From positions 96,001 to 160,000 of the forward strand of contig JBBIRR010000001.1 in assembly GCA_037441705.1 (NCBI GenBank): a stretch of DNA of 64,000 bases, in the 5' to 3' direction. Of the stretch, positions 37,657 to 47,684 are shown in pieces. The notes beneath the pieces were generated by a model. That model ran no database searches. It was not told the DNA's origin and saw only the letters and a list, made by a program, of their open reading frames with translations. Positions within the stretch are counted from its first letter, which is position 1. Every line of letters starts with the position of its first letter. Origin of the DNA: Ignavibacteriales bacterium (GTDB lineage: Bacteria; Bacteroidota; Ignavibacteria; UBA10030; UBA6906). Position numbers and translations under genes: made by a program.

Positions 37657-39189
37657 TTACTTCAGCAGAAGAAGTTTTCGCGAAAGCACCACACTCGCCT
37701 CGCGCCCACCGGCAGGGAGCGCAGCCACGCGGCAGATGTACATCCCACTGGCCAGCCCCGACCCGTCCACCGTTACGGCGTGATACCCTGCGGACAGGAG
37801 AGCATCCATCACGGTCATCACCTCATGACCGACGAGGTCATACACCTTCACGCTGACGCGCGCGGTGGAAGGCAACCCAACGCGCAGCGTCGTGCTGGGA
37901 TTGAACGGATTAGGGTAGTTTTGCGACAACGTGAACGCCGTTGGAATCCCTCCGCCCTCGTCGCCCACACTCACCGGCGGGCGCGGTTTGTACAGATTGA
38001 TATACTGAAAGCTCGACGCCGCTTGAATCGTTCGAACGAGATTTCCGGTCGTGGAATCAATCTCATGAAGGCCGGCAGAATTCGTTGTGAGAAAGTTTCC
38101 ATTCGGGAGCTGGTACACGCCGCGGTTGCCCGTCACTCCTGCCAGCAGTCTGAGGAACGTCCCATCTGCCGTATACAGACGAATACCGGTCGAGCCGGTT
38201 CCGGAGAAATTCGCGACCGCAATTCTGCCATCCGCCATCCGGAAGATTTGCTGCGGAAAGCTCGAGATCGATGCCCATTGAGCAAGATAGTTTCCGTTCA
38301 GGTCATAGCTCTTCACGCCGGTGGGCGAGCTGGATTGCGAGATGAGAATGTCATTTTCGCGAATGAGAATGGCGAACGGGCTGTTCAATCCACCCACCCC
38401 CTGGCCGATGAAGTTGCCGAGGTAGTTGCCTCCCGTATCGAACTCCGCTATCGTATTGCTGTTGGTGCCGCTGGCAACCGTGACGAGGAGGTTGTTGTTC
38501 GGACGATACGCGTGCCCGCGAATGTTGTCGAGGATCGCGTTGTTGACGCCGCCAGAAGGCGCAAACCAACCAAGCCACGTGCCGTTGGATGGATCGAATT
38601 TTTGCACAAGGTCGCGAATCTGATCGGAGACGGTAACGAAGTTGTGCACAGGATGCAGCATTGCTTCCTTCGGGCTATCGAGTGCGGTGTTGTTTGAACG
38701 GATAAAAGCGGTGTCCACCAGATCTCCCGTCGCGGGATTGAATGCCCAGACACGGTCGGCGGTCCAATCCGGCACCAACAGCAGGCTGTCGTTGTCAAAA
38801 GGGCGCCGCGTCGAGCGCGCGTCGTCCCTTCTCGATTCCTGCGTGTTGCCAAAGGTCATCCTCACGGCGGTGCGAAGGTCATAGCGCCGGGCGATCTCTT
38901 CATAACGCGCCGTAAAGCCGCCATCGAATGGGTGCCGAAGATTGGTAATGACGGCATACACCGGTTGATTGTCCTCAACGACTACGGGATACATCAGCAC
39001 ATCCGAAGGAAGGTAGATGCTCGTGGGCAGATTGCGCTCGCGCGCGAGGCGATTCGCTTCCCGAAAGAGCGACGGGTCCTGCTCAACCCGCACAAGCACA
39101 TCCTCCAAACTGGATGGCCCGAGCGATTGACTGAACGACGGCATGAGCAAAAGAGATGTGAGCAGGACGATGGTAGAGATTCGAATCAT
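37657..39189 (-). CDS. Secreted NHL-like beta-propeller protein with T9SS-type CTD
   Basis: Signal peptide; repeats such as FDTGGNYLGNF, YDLNGNYL, YTADGTFL; LSQNYPNPFNPST CTD. Confidence 0.8.
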   Translation of the reverse strand: MIRISTIVLLTSLLLMPSFSQSLGPSSLEDVLVRVEQDPSLFREANRLARERNLPTSIYLPSDVLMYPVVVEDNQPVYAVITNLRHPFDGGFTARYEEIARRYDLRTAVRMTFGNTQESRRDDARSTRRPFDNDSLLLVPDWTADRVWAFNPATGDLVDTAFIRSNNTALDSPKEAMLHPVHNFVTVSDQIRDLVQKFDPSNGTWLGWFAPSGGVNNAILDNIRGHAYRPNNNLLVTVASGTNSNTIAEFDTGGNYLGNFIGQGVGGLNSPFAILIRENDILISQSSSPTGVKSYDLNGNYLAQWASISSFPQQIFRMADGRIAVANFSGTGSTGIRLYTADGTFLRLLAGVTGNRGVYQLPNGNFLTTNSAGLHEIDSTTGNLVRTIQAASSFQYINLYKPRPPVSVGDEGGGIPTAFTLSQNYPNPFNPSTTLRVGLPSTARVSVKVYDLVGHEVMTVMDALLSAGYHAVTVDGSGLASGMYICRVAALPAGGREASVVLSRKLLLLK

Positions 39190-39269
39190 GACAGATCTCC
39201 CTTTATGATTGTGGATTGACGTTGTTCGGCGCCTTTGTCCCGTGCTGGAATATACACAATCATCTATCT

Positions 39270-42200
39270 TTACGGTATCCTTGCTTTCAGTTTCACGGTT
39301 GTCCCTTTACCCGGCGAGGACGTCAGCACAAGCTCACCGTCGAGCGATTCTGCGCGCTTCCTCATGTTGCTCAACCCATTTCCTTCGGATACATGGGCAA
39401 CATCGAACCCTTTGCCGTCATCAACGATCGTCATCACCAGCGCCCGCCCCTCCTGCCGGATGGTGAGCAACACTCTCGACGCGTGGGCGTGGCGGATGAT
39501 GTTGTTCACCGCTTCTTTGAAGATGAGGTAGAATCGTCGCCGAAATCCCAGCGGAAGCCGCAAATGCGAGAGCGCTTCGGGGATGTCGATCTCATAATTG
39601 ATGCCTTTGGCGTCCAGCATCCTTGCCGCATGCGTCTTCATGCGGAGGAGGAGGAATTCAAACGAATCGTTTTTTGGATCGACGGCCCACACGATGTCGT
39701 TCATTGCGTCGATGAGTCCGCGCGAGGTCGAGCCGATATCTTCCAGCAGCGCTTCGACACGCGCAATGCCCGCATCACCCTTGTGCACGCCTTTCGCCCG
39801 CAGTTCGCGCAAACCGACATCGCTGTACAGAGCGATCTCCGTGAGCGTCGAGCCGATGTCGTCGTGCAGGTCGGTCGCAATCGAGGAGCGGATGCGCTCG
39901 ATCTCCAACAGCTTGTTGACGCGATAGCGGTACATGGCGTAGAGCAGCCCGATGAGCACGACGGCGGCGAGCATGCGGAACCACCATGTGCGCCAGTACG
40001 GCGGCGTAATGGTGATGGTCAGGGCAACGCCGTGTTCGTTCCACACACCGTCGTTGTTCGATCCTTTCACGCGCAGCACATACTCCCCCGGATCGAGATT
40101 GGTGTAGCCGGCATAGCGCCGCGAGGCGGATGCAACAATCCAATCGCGATCCAATCCTTCCAGCTTGTAGAGGTAGCGGTTCTTTTCGGGCGAGATGAAG
40201 TTCAACGCGACAAATTCGAAGGAGAAGAAATTCTCATTATGCGACAGCGTGATGTGCGTTGTGGCAGCAAGGGCTTTCGGGAGACGGAGCGGAGTATCGA
40301 ACACCCGGAAGCTGGTGAGATAGACCGGCGGCACATAGTCATTGTCCCGGATGCTGTCGGGAAAGAAGGCGTTGAAGCCGTTCAGCCCGCCGAAGAACAA
40401 CTCCCCGCGCGCGCTTCGGAAGTGCGCCCCTTGATTGAACTCGTTGCCCTGCAGCCCGTCCTTCACATCGTAGTTGCGAAACACACCTGTTGCAGGCGTG
40501 AACTTCGAAATGCCCTTGTTGGTGCTGAGCCAGAGGTTACCGCGATCGTCAGGCAGAATGCCGTACACAACGTCATTCGGAAGGCCGTCTCGCTGCGTGT
40601 AGTACGTGAATGTTCCCTCCGAAGGGTGAAAACGATTCAACCCACCGCCGTACGTTCCAATCCACAACACTCCTGCATCATCCTGATAGATCGACAGCAC
40701 GGTGTTGTTGTTCAGTCCGGCATTGGGAGTGGCTGAAGGAAGATAACGAACAAACGAATCCTTCTCGTGGACGTAGCGGTGCAGGCCGCCTCCCAGCGAG
40801 CCGATCCAGATCGTGCCCCGCCGATCTTCGTAGATGCACATGATGGATGTGCCTGCGAGCGCTGCGGGACTGTCTTCGTCGGACGGATAATGAATAATCG
40901 TGTTGGTACGGAGGTCTAAGCGGTCAATACTTCCCCCATTGTTGCCGATCCAGAGATTGCCACGACGATCCGCCAGCAGCGCGGTAATCTCGTCGTGACT
41001 GAGACCGGTGCGCGTTCCGGGTCTGCGTCGGTAGTGGGTAAACGTCCCCGAGGCGCGATCAAAACGATTCAGCCCGCCGCCTTCCGTTCCAATCCAGATG
41101 CTGCCATCGGCCGTTTCGCAAAGTGAGAGAACATTGTTGTGGCTGAGACTGCGGGGACGCGCTGGGTTGTGTTTGTAGTTCACGACCTTCTGGCGCGAGC
41201 GATCGAATCTGTTCAATCCGCTGCCGTATGTGCCAATCCACAATTCCCCGCGCGCATCTTCGAGGATCGCCCAGACGTCGTTGCCGTGCATGTCGTTGGG
41301 ATTGTTGAGCGCATCGCGATAGTGCCGGAACCGATCGCGTCGCCAATCCACCATATTCACGCCGCCTGCACCCGTGCCGATCCACATCGTGCCTGCACGG
41401 TCTTCACACAGTGCGCTCACGATATTATTGTTGAGTGAATTGGGATTGTGGGGATCGTGCGTATACCGCACAAAACTGTCGGTAGACGGCATGTACAGAC
41501 ACAGGCCTGCATCGCCCGTTCCCACCCAGAGAATTCCCCGCGCATCCTCCTCAATCGAAAGGATGAGATTGCTGGCGATACTGTTCGGATCGGCGGAATC
41601 ATGCGTGTAGTGACGGAACGATTGCGTGCGCCTATCGAAGCGATCAAGCCCGGCGCCCCACGTTCCAACCCACAATGTTCCTGCATGGTCAACATACACT
41701 ACCCGAATGTTATCGCCGCCCAGGCTCCGGGGATCGGACGGGTTGTGCGTGTAGCGTTGGAACCGCGCCGCCGGGTCCTTCAGGCTCATCCTGCACAGCC
41801 CGCGCCAGGTTGCCACCCAGAGATTGTGCTGCGCGTCTTCGCAGATCGACCAGACGGTATTGTTGCTCAGGCTCAGCGTATCGTTCGCATCGTAGCGATA
41901 GCGCGTGAAGCGGTTCGTGCGGCGGTCGTATCTGTTCAGTCCGTTGTTCAGCGTGCCCAGCCAGATGGTTTGCTCCGAATCTTCGAACAGCGAGGTCACG
42001 TTGTTCTCGCTGATGGTCGTCGGATCACGCGGGTTGTGCATGTGGTGAACAAACCGATTCTCCGAAAGAATGAATCGTTCTGCGCCGCCGCGCAGCGTCC
42101 CGACCCAGAGGTCTCCGCGCGAATCGCTCAACAAACACCAGATGCTGTTGTCGGCAATCGTGTTCGTGTCGCTGATGCTGTGCTTGAAGACCGTAATCGA

Positions 42201-42413
42201 ATAGCCGTCGTAGCGATTGAGGCCATCCTGCGTACCAAACCAGAGATAGCCCAACGCATCCTGCACGATGGCATTGACCGTGGATTGCGACAGCTCCTGC
42301 TCCTGCGCGAGATGATCAAACTTCACGTGGGTCGGCTGTGCAAGCGACACGCGGGCAATCGTCACCGCCATCACGAACGGGGAGATATGTCGGCGCAATG
42401 ATGGCACTGTCAC
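39270..42413 (-). CDS. Two-component regulator propeller sensor kinase (Reg_prop repeats, Y_Y_Y, TM, HisKA_3, HATPase)
   Basis: Many DxxGxLWIGTxxGL repeats; YTNLDPGEYVLRVKGSN; PPYWRTWWF TM; IATDLHDDIGSTL; KEAVNN; GNGLSNM. Confidence 0.95.
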   Translation of the reverse strand: MTVPSLRRHISPFVMAVTIARVSLAQPTHVKFDHLAQEQELSQSTVNAIVQDALGYLWFGTQDGLNRYDGYSITVFKHSISDTNTIADNSIWCLLSDSRGDLWVGTLRGGAERFILSENRFVHHMHNPRDPTTISENNVTSLFEDSEQTIWLGTLNNGLNRYDRRTNRFTRYRYDANDTLSLSNNTVWSICEDAQHNLWVATWRGLCRMSLKDPAARFQRYTHNPSDPRSLGGDNIRVVYVDHAGTLWVGTWGAGLDRFDRRTQSFRHYTHDSADPNSIASNLILSIEEDARGILWVGTGDAGLCLYMPSTDSFVRYTHDPHNPNSLNNNIVSALCEDRAGTMWIGTGAGGVNMVDWRRDRFRHYRDALNNPNDMHGNDVWAILEDARGELWIGTYGSGLNRFDRSRQKVVNYKHNPARPRSLSHNNVLSLCETADGSIWIGTEGGGLNRFDRASGTFTHYRRRPGTRTGLSHDEITALLADRRGNLWIGNNGGSIDRLDLRTNTIIHYPSDEDSPAALAGTSIMCIYEDRRGTIWIGSLGGGLHRYVHEKDSFVRYLPSATPNAGLNNNTVLSIYQDDAGVLWIGTYGGGLNRFHPSEGTFTYYTQRDGLPNDVVYGILPDDRGNLWLSTNKGISKFTPATGVFRNYDVKDGLQGNEFNQGAHFRSARGELFFGGLNGFNAFFPDSIRDNDYVPPVYLTSFRVFDTPLRLPKALAATTHITLSHNENFFSFEFVALNFISPEKNRYLYKLEGLDRDWIVASASRRYAGYTNLDPGEYVLRVKGSNNDGVWNEHGVALTITITPPYWRTWWFRMLAAVVLIGLLYAMYRYRVNKLLEIERIRSSIATDLHDDIGSTLTEIALYSDVGLRELRAKGVHKGDAGIARVEALLEDIGSTSRGLIDAMNDIVWAVDPKNDSFEFLLLRMKTHAARMLDAKGINYEIDIPEALSHLRLPLGFRRRFYLIFKEAVNNIIRHAHASRVLLTIRQEGRALVMTIVDDGKGFDVAHVSEGNGLSNMRKRAESLDGELVLTSSPGKGTTVKLKARIP

Positions 42414-42510
42414 GACCCAACGTAGAAAGGTTTTCCGAGAAACTCAAGCTTTGCTCCTCCGCTCCTTTTTTGTATCTTCTTTACCAACTTCATCAGAACA
42501 TCGCGAGAAC

Positions 42511-43443
42511 ATGCCCGTCTCCCCCAAGCTCGAGTCCATCCTGCTGCGCGCCGCTGAGGCTGCGGATGAAGCTCCCACCGCCGTGTTCGACTGCGACGGA
42601 ACCATCATCCAAGGCGACATCGGCGAAGCGATGTTGTACTATCAGATCGAACACTTTCTCTTGCGCGTCGACCCCGCCAACGTCTGGCTCGATCATCCCC
42701 GGCGCGAAGAACTCAGTACGCTGTACACGCTGCTCGCAGCCCTGCCGCCCGACCGGCGTATGCAGGACCGCCGCTTCGTGTCGTTTGCCGAAATGGTGGT
42801 GGAATGGTATTTCGATCAGCTTCAGGAAGGAAAGACGGAGAAAGCCTGCAGCGACATCGTGCGGCTGTTTGCCCGCTTCAGCGAGCAGGAGGTACATGAG
42901 ATTGCCGCGGCCACGATGCGCGAAGAGCTTGCATCACCTCTCACCGTGAGAAGGTTCGGCAGATTCACCGTGCCCAAAGGCGTGCGGTATATCGCAGAGG
43001 CGGTGGAGCTGTTGAAGGAGTTGCAACGTGCAGGCTTCGAGATCTGGGCCGTCTCGGGAAGCAATACGTGGAGCGTGCGCGAGGTGTTCGAACCACTCGG
43101 CGTGCCGCGGGACCATATCATCGGCATCGACCTTCAGGTCGCCAGCAATGTGTTCAGCGCAAAGGTCCGAACGCCCGTTCCGGTCCTCGAGGGGAAGGTG
43201 CACGCGCTGCAACGTGCCGGCGCGGCTGCTCCGCTGATTGTCGTCAGCGACTCCTTCTACGATCTGCCGTTGTTTGCGTACGCGAAGGAATTGAAAATCT
43301 TGATCAACTCGCGGATGGAAACCTCCTATACGTTTTTCAAGGAGAGCAACATCGTGCAGGATGAGACGTGGATGGTTGTCGAGAAGCCCACGCTGCTGCA
43401 CGACGTGCCGATTATCCCAACACTGAAAGAACACCATGGCTGA
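42511..43443 (+). CDS. HAD-IB family phosphatase
   Basis: AVFDCDGT motif I, WAVSGS motif II, EGK motif III, SDSFYD motif IV; start set to MPVSP. Confidence 0.85.
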   Translation: MPVSPKLESILLRAAEAADEAPTAVFDCDGTIIQGDIGEAMLYYQIEHFLLRVDPANVWLDHPRREELSTLYTLLAALPPDRRMQDRRFVSFAEMVVEWYFDQLQEGKTEKACSDIVRLFARFSEQEVHEIAAATMREELASPLTVRRFGRFTVPKGVRYIAEAVELLKELQRAGFEIWAVSGSNTWSVREVFEPLGVPRDHIIGIDLQVASNVFSAKVRTPVPVLEGKVHALQRAGAAAPLIVVSDSFYDLPLFAYAKELKILINSRMETSYTFFKESNIVQDETWMVVEKPTLLHDVPIIPTLKEHHG

Positions 43444-44551
43444 CGTCGCCGTGACCGTGATCGGCGGCGGAGTCGTGGGCCTTGCCATCGCCGCCGAACT
43501 TGCCCCAAGGTACTCCCCTCTCTTCCTTCTGGAACGGCGCGACAGATGCGGCACGGAAACCTCCAGCCGCAACAGTGAAGTGATCCACGCGGGCATCTAC
43601 TACCCGCACGGCTCGCTCAAAGCCCGTCTGTGCATCGAAGGAAAGCGCCTCCTGTACGAGCTGTGCGCGAAGCACAACATTCCCCACCGACGCGTCACCA
43701 AAATCATCACCGCCACAACACCTGAAGAGCTTTCTCGCCTTGAGGCGCTCTACGATCACGGACGCAAGAACGGCGTTGAGCTTGAACTCCTGTCTGCCGT
43801 GCAGGTGCACGCGCTCGAACCCAACATCGCTTCGCTCGGCGGAATCTTCTCTCCCTCCACGGGCATCATCAGCGCCCACGGACTGATGGACTATTTCTCC
43901 TTCACGGCCCGACGCTTCGGTGCTGAGATTCTCACGCGGCGCACGGTGGTCGGCTTGCAGAAAAAGGACGGCGAGTTTGAAGTAACGGTGGACGAAGGCG
44001 GCAGCCGCACCTCGTTCACATCCGAGATCGTCGTCAACGCGGCGGGACTGGAGAGTGACACGATCGCCTCGCTCGCCGGCATCGACATTGATGCGGCGGG
44101 CTACAGGCTGCATCACTGCAAGGGAAGCTACTTTGTCGTCGCCAACGCTGCCAAGGCCGGACTGGTGAAGCGCCTTGTGTACCCCGTGCCGCCGCGGGAA
44201 TCGCTCGGCGTGCATGCACTGGTTGATTTGGGTGGGCGATTGAAATTCGGGCCGGATGTGGAGTATCTCGCAGATCGTTCGTACGATTACCGTGTGGACG
44301 AATCAAAGCGCGCTGCCTTTGCCGAGTCCGTGCGAAGAATTGTCCCGGCCATCGCCGAGGACGATCTCGCTCCCGACTACAGCGGCATCCGCCCCAAACT
44401 CCAGGCAAAGGGCGAGCCGGTGCGAGATTTTATCATCGTCCACGAAACAGAGCGCGGCCTTCACGGGCTGATCAATCTTATCGGTATCGAATCGCCCGGA
44501 TTGACTGCCTCGCCCGCCATCGCACAGTACGTGCGAAGACTTCTACAATAG
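43436..44551 (+). CDS. FAD-dependent oxidoreductase, L-2-hydroxyglutarate oxidase-like
   Basis: VIGGGVVG, TSSRNSEVIHAGIYY, VNAAGL, KFGPD, YSGIRPK, GIESPGLTAS. Confidence 0.9.
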   Translation: MADVAVTVIGGGVVGLAIAAELAPRYSPLFLLERRDRCGTETSSRNSEVIHAGIYYPHGSLKARLCIEGKRLLYELCAKHNIPHRRVTKIITATTPEELSRLEALYDHGRKNGVELELLSAVQVHALEPNIASLGGIFSPSTGIISAHGLMDYFSFTARRFGAEILTRRTVVGLQKKDGEFEVTVDEGGSRTSFTSEIVVNAAGLESDTIASLAGIDIDAAGYRLHHCKGSYFVVANAAKAGLVKRLVYPVPPRESLGVHALVDLGGRLKFGPDVEYLADRSYDYRVDESKRAAFAESVRRIVPAIAEDDLAPDYSGIRPKLQAKGEPVRDFIIVHETERGLHGLINLIGIESPGLTASPAIAQYVRRLLQ

Positions 44552-44673
44552 CCTTCGCATCTTGCAATCTTCACATTCAACTCTTAGATTCGTGGTGCCG
44601 GTCAGCAAGCATCTCACCATCCCGGTCTCCTTGCACTTCACCTGGTTCAATCACCAACCATCTTGGAGGGATT

Positions 44674-46158
44674 ATGAAACGATCCATTTTCGTGGCCGTT
44701 CTCACGGTGGGCGCGCTGTCCATTGCCCGGAGTCAGGACTATGTCCTCTACATTGTGCCCTCGGCCTACGACGTTCCGTATACGCTGAATCTGTTCGGGA
44801 CGGACGTGTCCGTGTTGAAACGGCCGCAGTTTTCCCATCAGTCAGCACGGATGATGGGTCTGCCTCCGGCTTTTCGCGGATTGATTGCCGACCCGCTCTC
44901 GGATTGGTTCCGCAATCCTGCATATGGTGTCGAAGCGAACTCGCTTCAGTTGTACGGCTTCGGCAATGATGCGAGCATGATTCTGGCTGGGACATTCATA
45001 CCGGTTGACCGGAGCACCTTCGGTATGTTCGTATCTGCTGCTGCCGCCTCTGACCGCTCGTCGGGAAGTTCCTCAATATCTTCAGTGTCGTCTTCTACAC
45101 CACCTCTCATCTCTTCGGGTAACCAAGCAACAAATGAGGTGACAAACTCGATGGAGGCAATCGCACTATATCGCTTTCAGGTCGAAGAGGATCTTGCCCT
45201 TGGTTTTGGCTATCAATTCTCGAGAAACAAATCCGACGGAACCATCAATTTCTCCCAGTTTAGTTCCCGAATCCAGAACAACCAACTCTCCGAGCGAACG
45301 TGGACTACACGCACAACCAATCACATAGCCACTCTTGGTCTTCAGCTCCATGGAGCAGTGACGCAGTTCGCTCTACGGCTGGGATTAGCCCGAACGACGC
45401 CGACACTCGGCCAAACAACCCGATACAGTTCAACGTATCCTTCGAACCGTACTGAAGACCTGTCGCATCTCTCCAATGACGTGCGCACGACCGGCCTATT
45501 CGGTGGCATCGAATACACTTTCCCCCTCAATGGCAGGTGGAAGGTCCATACGCTTGCGGAGGTAGTTCACACAAGCTATGAAGCACCGGGGGCTCGTCTC
45601 TTTGAATCCGCTTTCGGCGACACCATCTTCCGATCAATCCTAACCGTGCGTGGAAACCAATCCGTGAGTGGAAAAATCTTCGACGTGCGAGTCGGAGGTG
45701 TCGCAGAACGACCGATAGGCAGCAACCTCACTATGTTCTTGGGCGTGGTAGCGGGCTACATCAAGAACACATCTGATCAAAGCGAGAGTGCGATAAAGGT
45801 TGAGCTAACGGGAATGCCAGGAATCGTTACGACCGAAAACACCGCGCTCAGCATCACGACCGAAGGATTCAGCATTCAGTTGCCGCTGGGCGCAGAGTAC
45901 GCTTTCTCGAAGGTGTTGACATTTCGCGGAGGCGTGATGCCTCAATACCTGTCTGTGCGCAGGAAGTGGGATAGGGTTCGTACGGAACCATCATCGTCCT
46001 TGTCCTTTCTCGTCAACACCACGGACAAATCGCTCAAGTTCCTCACAACAATGGGGCTGTCGCTTCGCGATGAGGAGATAGGAGAGATGCACTTATCGTA
46101 TGGGGTGAGTGAATCGGGCGTACGGGCGTGGTCTCTTTCGGCGCGCTACATTCCTTAA
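44674..46158 (+). CDS. Hypothetical outer-membrane beta-barrel protein
   Basis: Signal peptide, GGAGGG RBS, alternating amphipathic strands (LPLGAEY, LTFRGGV), aromatic near the C-terminus (WSLSARYIP). Confidence 0.65.
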   Translation: MKRSIFVAVLTVGALSIARSQDYVLYIVPSAYDVPYTLNLFGTDVSVLKRPQFSHQSARMMGLPPAFRGLIADPLSDWFRNPAYGVEANSLQLYGFGNDASMILAGTFIPVDRSTFGMFVSAAAASDRSSGSSSISSVSSSTPPLISSGNQATNEVTNSMEAIALYRFQVEEDLALGFGYQFSRNKSDGTINFSQFSSRIQNNQLSERTWTTRTTNHIATLGLQLHGAVTQFALRLGLARTTPTLGQTTRYSSTYPSNRTEDLSHLSNDVRTTGLFGGIEYTFPLNGRWKVHTLAEVVHTSYEAPGARLFESAFGDTIFRSILTVRGNQSVSGKIFDVRVGGVAERPIGSNLTMFLGVVAGYIKNTSDQSESAIKVELTGMPGIVTTENTALSITTEGFSIQLPLGAEYAFSKVLTFRGGVMPQYLSVRRKWDRVRTEPSSSLSFLVNTTDKSLKFLTTMGLSLRDEEIGEMHLSYGVSESGVRAWSLSARYIP

Positions 46159-46188
46159 TCGCAGCGTGCCATCAACCAATGACGCTGT

Positions 46189-46212
46189 GAAGCAGCCCGC
46201 GCGGGCTGCTTC
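46189..46212. terminator. Bidirectional terminator hairpin between convergent genes
   Basis: Perfect 24-bp palindrome GAAGCAGCCCGCGCGGGCTGCTTC. Confidence 0.75.
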
Positions 46213-46216
46213 CCTT

Positions 46217-46696
46217 TTACTTCCTTTCGTAATATCCCGTGACGCTCGCTTCGGCAACGACCTTCCCTTCGAGATGATTGAGAAACACGCGCAGCGATGT
46301 GCTGATGCCAAGCTTCAGCGTCTCCACATTCAGCGCATAAAGCGTTGCCACATACGGATGCTGCCCTGACCCGCGCGGCGGCGCAGGCCCGCCGTAGCCC
46401 ATCTCGTTGAAACTGTTGATCAGTTCTTTCGCACCCGGCGGCAGGGACTTGCTTCTGGAAGCACCTTCGACCAGCTTCCGCGTACTGAACGGAATGTTGA
46501 TGAGCAACCAGTGAATCCAGTTGTTCGCCACGGGATGAGGATCAATGATGCTGAGCGCGAAGGATTTCGTTGTCGGAGGCGGATCACTCCACTCAAAGCC
46601 CGGCGAGATGTTGCGCCCTCCTACGACCGTCGTGTGACAATGCTTGGTGGGAATCATTTCCTTGTCTTTGTACGAAAGACACTCGAGTTTGAACAT
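46217..46696 (-). CDS. YbhB/YbcL (PEBP/Raf kinase inhibitor-like) protein
   Basis: NISPGFEWS, SFALSIIDPH, WIHW, GYGGPAPPRGSGQHPY; start set to MFKLE after a CAGGAG RBS. Confidence 0.92.
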   Translation of the reverse strand: MFKLECLSYKDKEMIPTKHCHTTVVGGRNISPGFEWSDPPPTTKSFALSIIDPHPVANNWIHWLLINIPFSTRKLVEGASRSKSLPPGAKELINSFNEMGYGGPAPPRGSGQHPYVATLYALNVETLKLGISTSLRVFLNHLEGKVVAEASVTGYYERK

Positions 46697-46880
46697 ATCG
46701 ACTCCTGATCTGAATGCGAGGATTGGCTTTGAGAAAAATGTACGGCGTCCTTCTGGTGATGTCAACACACAGAGCCACAAAATCGTGCCACGAACGCGAC
46801 GGCATCAAGGATACGAGAAAAAATGCGAACCCGACGGCAGCACCGGCGCCGTTTTCAGGCATCAAACGCACGCATCCACC

Positions 46881-47654
46881 TCAGATCACTCCAATCCCTA
46901 ACAGCGCAGCCATCAGAAAGAGAAGGGCCGCAACAAGCGTCTGCACTGTCTTCATGGTCACCTTCGCAACGAGGCGACTCCCTACGAAGGCACCGAGGAA
47001 CGCACTCAGCGTTGCAATCACGAGCAGCAAGGTGTTCTCACGCAACCCGCCGATGGTCAGGTGACGCACATACACGCCCAGCCGCGTCACATCAATCATG
47101 CAGGCGATGACCACACCGGTGGCAATGAAGCCCTCTTTGGAGAGTCCCGCGCGTACAAGGAATGCGCTGCGCAGTGCGCCCTGATGCCCGGAGAGTCCGC
47201 CGAAGAATCCGCTGAGCACGCCGCCAAGCGGAAGGTATCTGGGACTGAACTGAAGAGATTGCAGCGAGGGCAGACTCTCTAAGAGAGCAAAGCCTGCAAT
47301 GAGACCCGCCATGAGAAGTTTTATGGGTATGATGGAAAACGTCCTGCCGAATGCCGTATATGTGAGAAGCGGCTCGCTTTCGGAAATGATAAACAGCAGA
47401 GCTGCGCCTGCAAAGGCTGCAAGAATCGCCGGCAGGCCGAAGCGAAGCACCACGCCCATGTTTGCATGCCGACCGAGAAGGCCGAGCTTGAAGAGATTAT
47501 TGAGGAAGTGCACAATCGCCGTCATCGCAACGGCAAGCTCGGCCGGAAAGAAGACAAGAAACGCCGGCAGCAGCAACGTGCCGAGTCCGAATCCGGAGAA
47601 CAGCGTCAGGCCGGAAGTCAGCAGCGCTACAAGAGGAACGACCACATACTCCAT
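46881..47654 (-). CDS. TSUP (TauE/SafE) family membrane transporter
   Basis: SGFGLGTLL and GFFGGLSGHQGALRS; about 8 TM helices. Confidence 0.88.
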   Translation of the reverse strand: MEYVVVPLVALLTSGLTLFSGFGLGTLLLPAFLVFFPAELAVAMTAIVHFLNNLFKLGLLGRHANMGVVLRFGLPAILAAFAGAALLFIISESEPLLTYTAFGRTFSIIPIKLLMAGLIAGFALLESLPSLQSLQFSPRYLPLGGVLSGFFGGLSGHQGALRSAFLVRAGLSKEGFIATGVVIACMIDVTRLGVYVRHLTIGGLRENTLLLVIATLSAFLGAFVGSRLVAKVTMKTVQTLVAALLFLMAALLGIGVI

Positions 47655-47684
47655 TCTTATCCTTTTCTTCGCGTCTTCATGTGA

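Noticed and set aside
40560-42270. Periodic nucleotide similarity in the sensor kinase gene
   Set aside because: Explained by the protein-level Reg_prop beta-propeller repeats
46776-46790. TGGCACGATTTTGT upstream of the ybhB-like gene as a sigma54 promoter
   Set aside because: The -24/-12 spacing is one base short and GC is absent; sigma54 spacing is strict
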